Positions 49,201 to 64,000 of a DNA stretch of 64,000 nt are shown here, in pieces. Positions within the stretch are counted from its first letter, which is position 1; the number at the start of each line of letters is the position of its first letter. This stretch comes from Eledone cirrhosa. Lineage: Eukaryota. Location of the stretch: assembly GCA_964016885.1 (NCBI GenBank), contig OZ024740.1:252278001-252342000 (forward strand), in the 5' to 3' direction. The notes under the pieces were generated by a model. It was not told the DNA's origin and ran no database searches. It saw only the letters and a list, made by a program, of their open reading frames with translations. A program made the position numbers and the translations under genes.

Positions 49201-52200
49201 CCACTCACACCACCAACACCACCAACACCACCAACACCACTCACATCACCAACACCACTCACACCACCAACACCGCTCACACCACCAACACTACCAACAC
49301 CACCAACACCACCAACACCGCTCACACCACCAACACTACAACACCACCAACACCGCTCACACCACCAACACTACAACACCACCAACACCGCTCACACCAC
49401 CAACACTACAACACCACCAACACCGCTCACACCACCAACACCACCAACACCGCTCACACCACCAACACTACAACACCACCAACACCGCTCACACCACCAA
49501 CACTACAACACCACCAACACCACTCACACCACCAACACCACCAACACCACCAATACTACCAACACCACTCACACCACCAACACCACCAACACCACCAACA
49601 CCACCAACACTACAACACCACCAACATCAACAACACCACTCACACCACCAACACCGCTCACACCACCAACACTACAACACCACCAACACCACTCACACCA
49701 CCAACACTACAACACCACCAACACCACCAACACCACCAACACCACTCACACCACCAACACCACTCACACCACCAACACCGCTCACACCACCAACACTACA
49801 ACACCACCAACACCACTCACACCACCAAAACTACAACACCACCAACACTACCAACACCACCAACACAACTCACTCCACCAACACTACCAACACCACTCAC
49901 ACCACCAACACTACCAACACCACCAACACCACTCACACCACCAACACTACCAACACCACCAACACCACCAACACCACCAACACCACCAACACCACCAACA
50001 CCACCAACACCGCTCACACCACCAATACTACCAACACTACCAACACCACCAACAATACTCACACCACCAACACCACCAACACCACCAACACTACCAACAC
50101 CACCAACACCACTCACATCACCAACACCACTCACACCACCAACACCCCTCACACCACCAACACCCCTCACACCACCAACACCACTCACACCACCAACACT
50201 ACCAACACCACCAACACTACCAACACCACCAACACCACCAACACCACCAAGACCACCAAGACCACCAACACCACCAACACCGCTCACACCACCAATACTA
50301 CCAACACTACCAACACCACCAACAATACTCACACCACCAACACCACCAACACCACCAACACTACCAACACCACCAACACCACTCACATCACCAACACCAC
50401 TCACACCACCAACACCCCTCACACCACCAACACCCCTCACACCACCAACACCACTCACACCACTCACACCACCAACACCACCAACACCACTCACACCACA
50501 CACACCACCAACACTACTCACACCACTCACACCACTCACACCATCAACACTACCAACACCACCAACACTACCAACACCACCAACACCACCAACACCACCA
50601 ACACCACTCACACCACCAACACCACTCACACCACCAACACCACCAACACCACCAACACCACCAACACCACCAACACCACTCACACCACCAACACCACTCA
50701 CACCACCAACACTACCAACACCACCAACACCACCAACACCACTCACACCACCAACATCCCCAACACCACCAACACCACTCACACCACCAACGCTACCAAC
50801 ACCACCAACACCCCTCACACCCCCAACACCACCAACACCACTCACACCACCAACACCACCAACACCACCAACACCACTCACATCACCAACACAGCTCACA
50901 CCACCAACACCGCTCACACCACCAACACTACCAACACCACCAACACCACCAACACCGCTCACACCACCAACACTACCAACACCACCAACACTACCAACAC
51001 CACCAACACCACTCACATCACCAACACTACAACACCACCAACATCAACAACACCACTCACACCACCAACACCGCTCACACCACCAACACTACAACACCAC
51101 CAACACCACTCACACCACCAACACTACAACACCACCAACACCACCAACACCACCAACACCACTCACACCACCAACACCACTCACACCACCAACACCGCTC
51201 ACACCACCAACACTACAACACCACCAACACCACTCACACCACCAACACTACAACACCACCAACACTACCAACACCACCAACACAACTCACTCCACCAACA
51301 CTACCAACACCACTCACACCACCAACACTACCAACACCACCAACACCACTCACACCACCAACACTACCAACACCACCAACACCACCAACACCACCAACAC
51401 CACCAACACCACCAACACCACCAACACCGCTCACACCACCAATACTACCAACACTACCAACACCACCAACAATACTCACACCACCAACACCACCAACACC
51501 ACCAACACTACCAACACCACCAACACCACTCACATCACCAACACCACTCACACCACCAACACCCCTCACACCACCAACACCCCTCACACCACCAACACCA
51601 CTCACACCACCAACACTACCAACACCACCAACACTACCAACACCACCAACACCACCAACACCACCAAGACCACCAACACCACCAACACCACCAACACCGC
51701 TCACACCACCAATACTACAAACACTACCAACACCACCAACAATACTCACACCACCAACACCACCAACACCACCAACACTACCAACACCACCAACACCACT
51801 CACATCACCAACACCACTCACACCACCAACACCCCTCACACCACCAACACCCCTCACACCACCAACACCACTCACACCACTCACACCACCAACACCACCA
51901 ACACCACTCACACCACACACACCACCAACACTACTCACACCACTCACACCACTCACACCATCAACACTACCAACACCACCAACACTACCAACACCACCAA
52001 CACCACCAACACCACCAACACCACTCACACCACCAACACCACTCACACCACCAACACCACCAACACCACCAACACCACCAACACCACCAACACCACTCAC
52101 ACCACCAACACCACTCACACCACCAACACTACCAACACCACCAACACCACCAACACCACTCACACCACCAACATCCCCAACACCACCAACACCACTCACA

Positions 52201-55200
52201 CCACCAACGCTACCAACACCACCAACACCCCTCACACCCCCAACACCACCAACACCACTCACACCACCAACACCACCAACACCACCAACACCACTCACAT
52301 CACCAACACAGCTCACACCACCAACACCGCTCACACCACCAACACTACCAACACCACCAACACCACCAACACCGCTCACACCACCAACACTACCAACACC
52401 ACCAACACTACCAACACCACCAACACCACTCACATCACCAACACCACTCACACCACCAACACTACTCACACCACCAACACCACCAACACCACCAACACCA
52501 CTCACACCACCAACACTACTCACACCACCAACAACACCAACACTACCAACACCACCAACACCACTCACACCACCAACACTACCAACACCACCAACACCAC
52601 TCACACCACCAACACCGCTCACACCACCAACACCACCAACACCACCAACACCACTCACATCACCAACACAACTCACACCACCAACACCGCTCACACCACC
52701 AACACTACCAACACCACCAACACCACCAGCACCGCTCACACCACCAACACTACCAACACCACCAACACTACCAACACCACCAACACCACTCACATCACCA
52801 ACACCACTCACACCACCAACACTACTCACACCACCAACACCACCAACACCACCAACACCACTCACACCACCAACACCGCTCACACCACCAACACCACCAA
52901 CACCACCAACACCACTCACATCACCAACACCACTCACACCACCAACACTACTCACACCACCAACACCACCAACACCACCAACACCACTCACACCACCAAC
53001 ACCGCTCACACCACCAACACCACCAACACCACCAACACCACTCACATCACCAACACCACTCACACCACCAACACCGCTCACACCACCAACACTACCAACA
53101 CCACCAACACCACCAACACCGCTCACACCACCAACACTACTCACACCACCAACAACACCAACACTACCAACACCACCAACACCACTCACACCACCAACAC
53201 CACCAACACCACCAACACCACTCACACCACCAACACTACTCACACCACCAACAACACCAACACTACCAACACCACCAACACCACTCACACCACCAACACT
53301 ACCAACACCACCAACACCACTCACACCACCAACACCGCTCACACCACCAACACTACCAACACCACCAACACCACTCACACCACCAACACCACTCACACCA
53401 CCAACACCACCAACACCACCAACACCACTCACACCACCAACACTACTCACACCACCGACACCACCAACACCACCAACACTACCAACACCACCAACACCAC
53501 TCACACCACCAACACCGCTCACACCACAAACACTACCAACACCACCAACACCACTCACACCACCAACACCACTCACACCACCAACACTACTCACACCACC
53601 AACACCACTCACACCACCAACACCACTCACACCACCAACACTACCAACACCACCAACACCACTCATACCACCAACACCACTCACACCACCAACACTACCA
53701 ACACCACCAACACCACTCACACCACCAACACTACCAACACCACCAACACCACTCACACCACCAACACCGCCAACACTACCAACACCACCAACACCACTCA
53801 CACCACCAACACTACCAACACCACCAACACCAGTCACACCACCAACACTACCAACACCACCAACACCGCTCACACCACTCACACCACTCACACCACCAAC
53901 ACTACCAACACCACCAAATCCACTCACATCACCAACACTACCAACACCACCAACACCACCAACACTACCAACACCACCAACAGCACTCACACCACCAACA
54001 CTACCCACACAACCAACACCACTCACACCACCAACACCGCCAACACTACCAACACCACCAACACCACTCACACCACCAACACTACCAACACCACCAACAC
54101 CAGTCACACCACCAACACTACCAACACTACCAACACCACCAACACTACCAACACCACCAACACCACTCACACCACCAACACCGCTCACACCACCAACACT
54201 ACCAACACCACCAACACCACCAACACCACTCACACCACCAACACTACCAACACCACCAACACCGTTCACACCACCAACACCGCTCACACCACCAACACCA
54301 CTCACACCACCAACACTACCAACACCACCAACACCACTCACACCACCAACACTACCAACACCACCAACACCACTCACACCACCAACACTACAACACCACC
54401 AACACCACCAACACCACTCACACCACCAACACTACAACACCACCAACACCACCAACGCCGCTCACACCACCAATACTACCAACACCACCAACACCACTCA
54501 CACCACCAACACTACCAACACCACCAACACCACTCACACCACCAACACTACAACACCACCAACACCACCAACACCACTCACACCACCAACACTACAACAA
54601 CACCAACACCACCAACACCGCTCACACCACCAATACTACCAACACTACTAACACCACCAACAACACTCACACCACCAACACCACCAACACCACTCACACC
54701 ACCAACACTACCAACACTACCAACACAACCAACACCACCAACACCACTCACACCACCAACACTACCAACACCACCAACACCGCTCACACCACCAACACTA
54801 CCAACACCACCTACACCACTCACACCACCAGCACTACCAACACCACCAACACCACTCACACCACCAACACTACAACACCACCAACACCACCAACACCACT
54901 CACACCACCAACACTACAACACCACCAACACTACCAACACCACCAAAACCCCTCACACCACCAACACTACCAACACCACCAACACCACCAACACTACCAA
55001 CATCACCAACACCCCTCAACCCACCAACACCGCTCACACCACCAACACTACCAACACCACCAACACTACCAACACTACCAACACCACCAACACCACTCAC
55101 ACCACCAACACTAGCAACACCACCAACACCACTCACACGGCTCACACCACCAACACTACCAACACCACCAACACCACTGACACCACCAACACTACAAACA

Positions 55201-57090
55201 CCACCAACACCACTCACACCACCAACACCACCAACACTACCAACACCACTCACACCACCAACACTACCAACACCACCAACACCACTCACACCACCAACAC
55301 CACCAACACTACCAACACCACTCACACCACCAACACTACAACACCACCAACACCACCAACACTACCAACACCACTAACACCGCTCACACCACCAAAACCG
55401 CTCACACCACCAACACTACCAACACCAGCAACACCACTCACACCACCAACACCGCTCACACCACCAACACTACAACACCACTAACACCACTCACACCACC
55501 AACACTACAACACCACCAACACCACCAACACCACTCACACCACCAACACTACAACACCACCAACACCACCAACACCACTCACACCACCAATACTACCAAC
55601 ACTACCAACACCACCAACAACACTCACACCACCAACACTACCAACACTACCAACACCACTCACACCACCAACACCACTCACACGACTCACACCACCAACA
55701 CTACCAACACCACCAACACCACTCACACCACCAACACTACCAACACCACCAACACCAGTCACACCACCAACACTACCAACACTACCAACACCACCAACAC
55801 TACCAACACCACCAACACCACTCACACCACCAACACCGCTCACACCACCAACACTACCAACACCACCAACACCACCAACACCACTCACACCACCAACACT
55901 ACCAACACCACCAACACCGTTCACACCACCAACACCGCTCACACCACCAACACTACCAACACCACCAACACCGCTCACACCACCAACACCACTCACACCA
56001 CCAACACTACCAACACCACCAACACCACTCACACCACCAACACTACCAACACCACCAACACCACTCACACCACCAACACTCCAACACCACCAACACCACC
56101 AACACCACTCACACCACCAACACTACAACACCACCAACACCACCAACGCCGCTCACACCACCAATACTACCAACACCACCAACACCACTCACACCACCAA
56201 CACTACCAACACCACCAACACCACTCACACCACCAACACTACAACACCACCAACACCACCAACACCACTCACACCACAAACACTACAACAACACCAACAC
56301 CACCAACACCGCTCACACCACCAATACTACCAACACTACTAACACCACCAACAACACTCACACCACCAACACCACCAACACCACTCACACCACCAACACT
56401 ACCAACACTACCAACACCACCAACACCACCAACACCACTCACACCACCAACACTACCAACACCACCAACACCGCTCACACCACCAACACTACCAACACCA
56501 CCTACACCACTCACACCACCAACACTACCAACACCACCAACACCACTCACACCACCAACACTACAACACCACCAACACCACCAACACCACTCACACCACC
56601 AAAACTACAAAACCACCAACACCACCAACACCGCACACACCACCAACACTACCAACACCACCAACACCACTCACACCACCAACACTACAACACCACCAAC
56701 ACCACCAACACCACTCACACCACCAACACTACAACAACACCAACACCACCAACACCGCTCACACCACCAATACTACCAACACTACCAACACCACCAACAA
56801 CACTCACACCACCAAAACCACCAACACCACTCACACCACCAACACTACCAACACCACCAACACCGCTCACACCACCAACACTACCAACACCACCAACACC
56901 ACTCACACCACCAACACTACCAACACCACCAACACCGCTCACACCACCAACACTACCAACACCACCAACACCACCAACACCACTCACACCACCAACACTA
57001 CCAACACCACCAACACCGTTCACACCACCAACACCGCTCACACCACCAACACTACCAACACCACCAACACCGCTCACACCACCAACACCA
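31240..57090. repeat. Large tandem duplication: about 14.46-kb block (31240-45700) followed by an 11.39-kb copy (45701-57090)
   Basis: ORF pairs at offset 14461 (32146/46607, 32905/47366, 33223/47684, 33989/48450, 35356/49817), then at offset 11394 (39840/51234, 43184/54578, 43506/54900, 44141/55535, 44875/56269, 45321/56715); rare marker AAAATCGCTCTC at about 31598 and 46059. Confidence 0.9.
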
Positions 57091-60000
57091 CTCACACCAC
57101 CAACACTACCAACACCACCAACACCACTCACACCACCAACACTACCAACACCACCAACACCACTCACACCACCAACAGTACAACACCACCAACACCACCA
57201 ACACCACTCACACCACCAACACTACAACACCACCAACACCACCAACGCCGCTCACACCACCAATACTACCAACACCACCAACACCACTCACACCACCAAC
57301 ACTACCAACACCACCAACACCACTCACACCACCCACACTACAACACCACCAACACCACCAACACCACTCACACCACAAACACTACAACAACACCAACACC
57401 ACCAACACCGCTCACACCACCAATACTACCAACACTACTAACACCACCAACAACACTCACACCACCAACACCACCAACACCACTCACACCACCAACACTA
57501 CCAACACTACCAACACCACCAACACCACCAACACCACTCACACCACCAACACTACCAACACCACCAACACCGCTCACACCACCAACACTACCAACACCAC
57601 CTACACCACTCACACCACCAACACTACCAACAGCACCAACACCACTCACACCACCAACACTACAACACCACCAACACCACCAACACCACTCACACCACCA
57701 ACACTACAACACTACCAACACCACCAACAGTACTCACACCACCAACACTACCAACACCACCAACACCACTCACACCACCAACACTACAACACCACCAACA
57801 CCACCAACACCACTCACACCACCAACACTACAACAACACCAACACCACCAACACCGCTCACACCACCAATACTACCAACACTACCAACACCACCAACAAC
57901 ACTCACACCACCAAAACCACCAACACCACTCACACCACCAACACTACCAACACCACCAACACCGCTCACACCACCAACACTACCAACACAACCAACACCA
58001 CTCACACCACTCACACCACCAACACTACCAACACCGCTCACACCACCAACACTACTAACACCACCAACACCGCCAATACTACCAACACTACCAACACCAC
58101 TCACACCACCAACACTACCAACACCACCAACACCGCTCACACTACCAACACTACCAACACCACCAACAGTACTCACACCACCAACACTACCAACACCACC
58201 AACACCACTCATATCACCAACACCAGTCACACCACCAACACCGCTCACACCACCAACACTACAAACACCACCAACACCACTCACACCACCAAAACGGCTC
58301 ACACCACCAACACTACCAACACCACCAACACTACCAACACCACCAAAACCGCTCACACCACCAAAACCGCTCACACCATCAACACTACCAACACCACCAA
58401 CACTACCAACACCACCAACACTACCAACACCACCAAAACCGCTCACACCATCAACACTACCAACACCACCAACACCACCAACACTACCAACAGCACCAAC
58501 ACCCCTCACCCCACCAACACCGCTCACACCACCAACACTACCAACACCACTCACACCACCAACACCACCAACACCACCAACACTACCAACACCACCAAAA
58601 CCGCTCACACCATCAACACTACCAACACCACCAACACTACCAACACCACCAACACCACCAACACCACCAACACTACCAACACCACCAACACCACTCACAC
58701 CACCAACACTACCAACACCACCAACACCACCAACACCGCTCACACCACCAACACTACCAACACCACCAACACTACCAACACCACCAAAACCGCTCACACC
58801 ATCAACACTACCAACACCACCAACACTACCAACACCACCAACACTACCAACACCACCAACACTACCAACACCACCAAAACCGCTCACACCACCAACACTA
58901 CCAACACCACCAACACCACCAACACTACCAACATCACCAACACCCCTCAACCCACCAACACCGCTCACACCACCAACACTACCAACACCACCAACACTAC
59001 CAACACTACCAACACCACCAACACCACTCACACCAACAACACTAGCAACACCACCAACACCACTCACACGGCTCACACCACCAACACTACCAACACCACC
59101 AACACCACTGACACCACCAACACTACCAACACCACCAAAACCACTCACACCACCAACACCACCAACACTACCAACACCACTCACACCACCAACACTACCA
59201 ACACCACCAACACCACTCACACCACCAACACCACCAACACTACCAACACCACTCACACCACCAACACTACAACACCACCAACACCACCAACACTACCAAC
59301 ACCACTAACACCGCTCACACCACCAAAACCGCTCACACCACCAACACTACCAACACCAGCAACACCACTCACACCACCAACACCGCTCACACCACCAACA
59401 CTACAACACCACTAACACCACTCACACCACCAACACTACAACACCACCAACACCACCAACACCACTCACACCACCAACACTACAACACCACCAACACCAC
59501 CAACACCGCTCACACCACCAATACTACCAACACTACCAACACCACCAACAACACTCACACCACCAACACTACCAACACTACCAACACCACTCACACCACC
59601 AACACCACTCACACGACTCACACGACCAACACTACCAACACTACCAACACCACTTACACCACCAACACCACCAACACCACCAACACCACTCACACCACCA
59701 ACACCACCAACACTACCAACACCACCAACACTACCAACACCACCAACACTACCAACACCACCAACACCACTCACACCACCAACACTACAACACCACCAAC
59801 ACCACCAACACCACTCACACCACCAACACTACAACACCACCAACACCACCAACACCGCTCACACCACCAATACTACCAACACCACCAACACTACTCACAC
59901 CACCAACACTACCAACACCACCAACACCACTCACACCACCAACACTACAACACCACCAACACCACCAACACCACTCACACCACCAACACTACAACAACAC

Positions 60001-63000
60001 CAACACCACTAACACCGCTCACACCACCAATACTACCAACACTACCAACACCACCAACAACACTCACACCACCAAAACCACCAACACCACTCACACCACC
60101 AACACTACCAACACCACCAACACCGCTCACACCACCAACACTACCAACACCACCAACACCACTCACACCACTCACACCACCAACACTACCCACACCGCTC
60201 ACACCACCAACACTACCAACACCACCAACACTACTAACACCACCAACACCGCCAACACTACCAACACTACCAACACCACTCACACCACCAACACTACCAA
60301 CACCACCAACACCGCTCACACCACCAACACTACCAACACCACCAACAGTACTCACACCACCAACACTACCAACACCACCAACACCACTCATATCACCAAC
60401 ACCACTCACACCACCAACACCGCTCACACCACCAACACTACAAACACCACCAACACCACACACACCACTCACACAACCAACACAACCAACACCACCAACA
60501 TCGCTCACACCACCAAAACCGCTCACACCACCAACACTACCAACACCACCAACACTACCAACACCACCAAAACCGCTCACACCATCAACACTACCAACAC
60601 CACCAACACTACCAACACCACCAACACTACCAACAGCACCAACACCCCTCACCCCACCAACACCGCTCACACCACCAACACTACCAACACCACTCACACC
60701 ACCAACACTACCAACACCACCAAAACCGCTCACACCATCAACACTACCAACACCACCAACACTACCAACACCACCAACACTACCAACACCACCAACACCA
60801 CTCACACCACCAACACTACCAACACCACCAACATCACCAACACCGCTCACACCACCAACACTACCAACACCACCAACACTACCAACACCACCAAAACCGC
60901 TCACACCATCAACACTACCAACACCACCAACACTACCAACACCACCAACACTACCAACACCACCAACACTACCAACACCACCAACACTACCAACACCACC
61001 AACACTACCAACACCACCAAAACCGCTCACACCACCAACACTACCAACACCACCAACACCACCAACACTACCAACATCACCAACACCCCTCAACCCACCA
61101 ACACCGCTCACACCACCAACACTATCAACACCACCAACACTACCAACACTACCAACACCACCAACACCACTCACACCACCAACACTAGCAACACCACCAA
61201 CACCACTCACACGGCTCACACCACCAACACTACCAACACCACCAACACCACTGACACCACCAACACTACCAACACCACCAACACCACTCACACCACCAAC
61301 ACCACCAACACTACCAACACCACTCACACCACCAACACTACCAACACCACCAACACCACTCACACCACCAACACCACCAACACTACCAACACCACTCACA
61401 CCACCAACACTACAACACCACCAACACCACCAACACTACCAACACCACTAACACCGCTCACACCACCAAAACCGCTCACAGCACCAACACTACCAACACC
61501 AGCAACACCACTCACACCACCAACACCGCTCACACCACCAACACTACAACACCACTAACACCACTCACACCACCAACACTACAACACCACCAACACCACC
61601 AACACCACTCACACCACCAACACTACAACACCACCAACACCACCAACACCGCTCACACCACCAATACTACCAACACTACCAACACCACCAACAACACTCA
61701 CACCACCAACACTACCAACAATACCAACACCACTCACACCACCAACACCACTCACACGACTCACACCACCAACACTACCAACACCACCAACACCACTCAC
61801 ACCACCAACACTACCAACACCACCAACACCAGTCACACCACCAACACTACCAACACTACCAACACCACCAACACTACCAACACCACCAACACCACTCACA
61901 CCACCAACACCGCTCACACCACCAACACTACCAACACCACCAACACCACCAACACCACTCACACCACCAACACTACCAACACCACCAACACCGTTCACAC
62001 CACCAACACCGCTCACACCACCAACACTACCAACACCACCAACACCGCTCACACCACCAACACCACTCACACCACCAACACTACCAACACCACCAACACC
62101 ACTCACACCACCAACACTACCAACACCACCAACACCACTCACACCACCAACACTACAACACCACCAACACCACCAACACCACTCACACCACCAACACTAC
62201 AACACCACCAACACCACCAACGCCGCTCACACCACCAATACTACCAACACCACCAACACCACTCACACCACCAACACTACCAACACCACCAACACCACTC
62301 ACACCACCAACACTACAACACCACCAACACCACCAACACCACTCACACCACCAACACTACAACAACACCAACACCACCAACACCGCTCACACCACCAATA
62401 CTACCAACACTACTAACACCACCAACAACACTCACACCACCAACACCACCAACACCACTCACACCACCAACACTACCAACACTACCAACACCACCAACAC
62501 CACCAACACCACTCACACCACCAACACTACCAACACCACCAACACCGCTCACACCACCAACACTACCAACACCACCTACACCACTCACACCACCAACACT
62601 ACCAACACCACCAACACCACTCACACCACCAACACTACAACACCACCAACACCACCAACACCACTCACACCACCAACACTACAACACCACCAACACCACC
62701 AACACCGCTCACACCACCAATACTACCAACACCACCAACACTACTCACACCACCAACACTACCAACACCACCAACACCACTCACACCACCAACTCTACAA
62801 CACCACCAACACCACCAACACCACTCACACCACCAACACTACAACAACACCAACACCACCAACACCGCTCACACCACCAATACTACCAACACTACCAACA
62901 CCACCAACAACACTCACACCACCAAAACCACCAACACCACTCACACCACCAACACTACCAACACCACCAACACCGCTCACACCACCAACACTACCAACAC

Positions 63001-64000
63001 CACCAACACCACTCACACCACTCACACCACCAACACTACCAACACCGCTCACACCACCAACACTACCAACACCACCAACACTACTAACACCACCAACACC
63101 GCCAACACTACCAACACTACCAACACCACTCACACCACCAACACTACCAACACCACCAACACCGCTCACACTACCAACACTACCAACACCACCAACAGTA
63201 CTCACACCACCAACACTACCAACAGCACCAACACCACTCATATCACCAACACCACTCACACCACCAACACCGCTCACACCACCAACACTACAAACACCAC
63301 CAACACCACTCACACCACCAAAACCGCTCACACCACCAACACTACCAACACCACCAACACTACCAACACCACCAACACCAGTCACACCACCAACACTACC
63401 AACACTACCAACACCACCAACACTACCAACACCACCAACACCACTCACACCACCAACACCGCTCACACCACCAACACTACCAACACCACCAACACCACCA
63501 ACACCACTCACACCACCAACACTACCAACACCACCAACACCGTTCACACCACCAACACCGCTCACACCACCAACACTACCAACACCACCAACACCACTCA
63601 CACCACCAACACTACCAACACCACCAACACCACTCACACCACCAACACTACAACACCACCAACACCACCAACACCACTCACACCACCAACACTACAACAC
63701 CACCAACACCACCAATGCCGCTCACACCACCAATACTACCAACACCACCAACACCACTCACACCACCAACACTACCAACACCACCAACACCACTCACACC
63801 ACCAACACTACAACACCACCAACACCACCAACACCACTCACACCACCAACACTACAACAACACCAACACCACCAACACCGCTCACACCACCAATACTACC
63901 AACACTACTAACACCACCAACAACACTCACACCACCAACACCACCAACACCACTCACACCACCAACACTACCAACACTACCAACACCACCAACACCACCA

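Larger units (their letters stand above)
4949..64000. repeat. Giant 9-bp satellite array (ACCACCAAC with ACTACCAAC, ACCACTCAC, ACCGCTCAC and 8-bp ACTACAAC variants), >59 kb, continuing past the window end
   Basis: Uninterrupted tandem 9-mers (roughly 6,500 units by length) with no unique-sequence insertion seen; degenerate at the left edge, homogeneous inside. Confidence 0.99.

Noticed and set aside
5715-63637. Dozens of minus-strand Gly/Val/Ser ORFs resembling elastin, silk or shell-matrix proteins
   Set aside because: Nearly all start at a GTG within GTGAGT or GTGAGC and end VVLVV* right after the 8-bp frameshifting variant, so they are direct translations of the satellite.
4949-64000. CRISPR array, telomere tract or variant-encoded information store
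   Set aside because: No unique spacers or cas genes and a eukaryotic context; the unit is not TTAGGG-like; variant order is explained by block duplication.

Overview
Eukaryotic, gene-free, repeat-dominated window; the SINE and microsatellite landscape resembles cephalopod (Octopus-like) DNA, which is an inference from recalled repeat families. Bases 1-4948 are an AT-rich patchwork of microsatellites and decayed tRNA-derived SINEs. Inside an (AT)n microsatellite cluster sit two adjacent retro-derived pieces. The first is a 5'-truncated Penelope-like element remnant (1886-2730, +) encoding a frameshifted GIY-YIG C-terminal W...CxxC...E...LN.R.E...CxH motif. The second is about 1.5 tandem copies of a 464-bp, highly structured non-coding unit (2758-3465, -) carrying an intact type I hammerhead ribozyme (3051-3095), i.e. 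a candidate retrozyme/circRNA element. From 4949 to the window end (>59 kb, open-ended) lies a giant 9-bp satellite (ACCACCAAC and variants), almost devoid of G on the + strand, with nested higher-order duplications of about 2 kb, 7 kb and 11.4-14.5 kb. All long ORFs in the track are artefacts of this satellite or of microsatellites.
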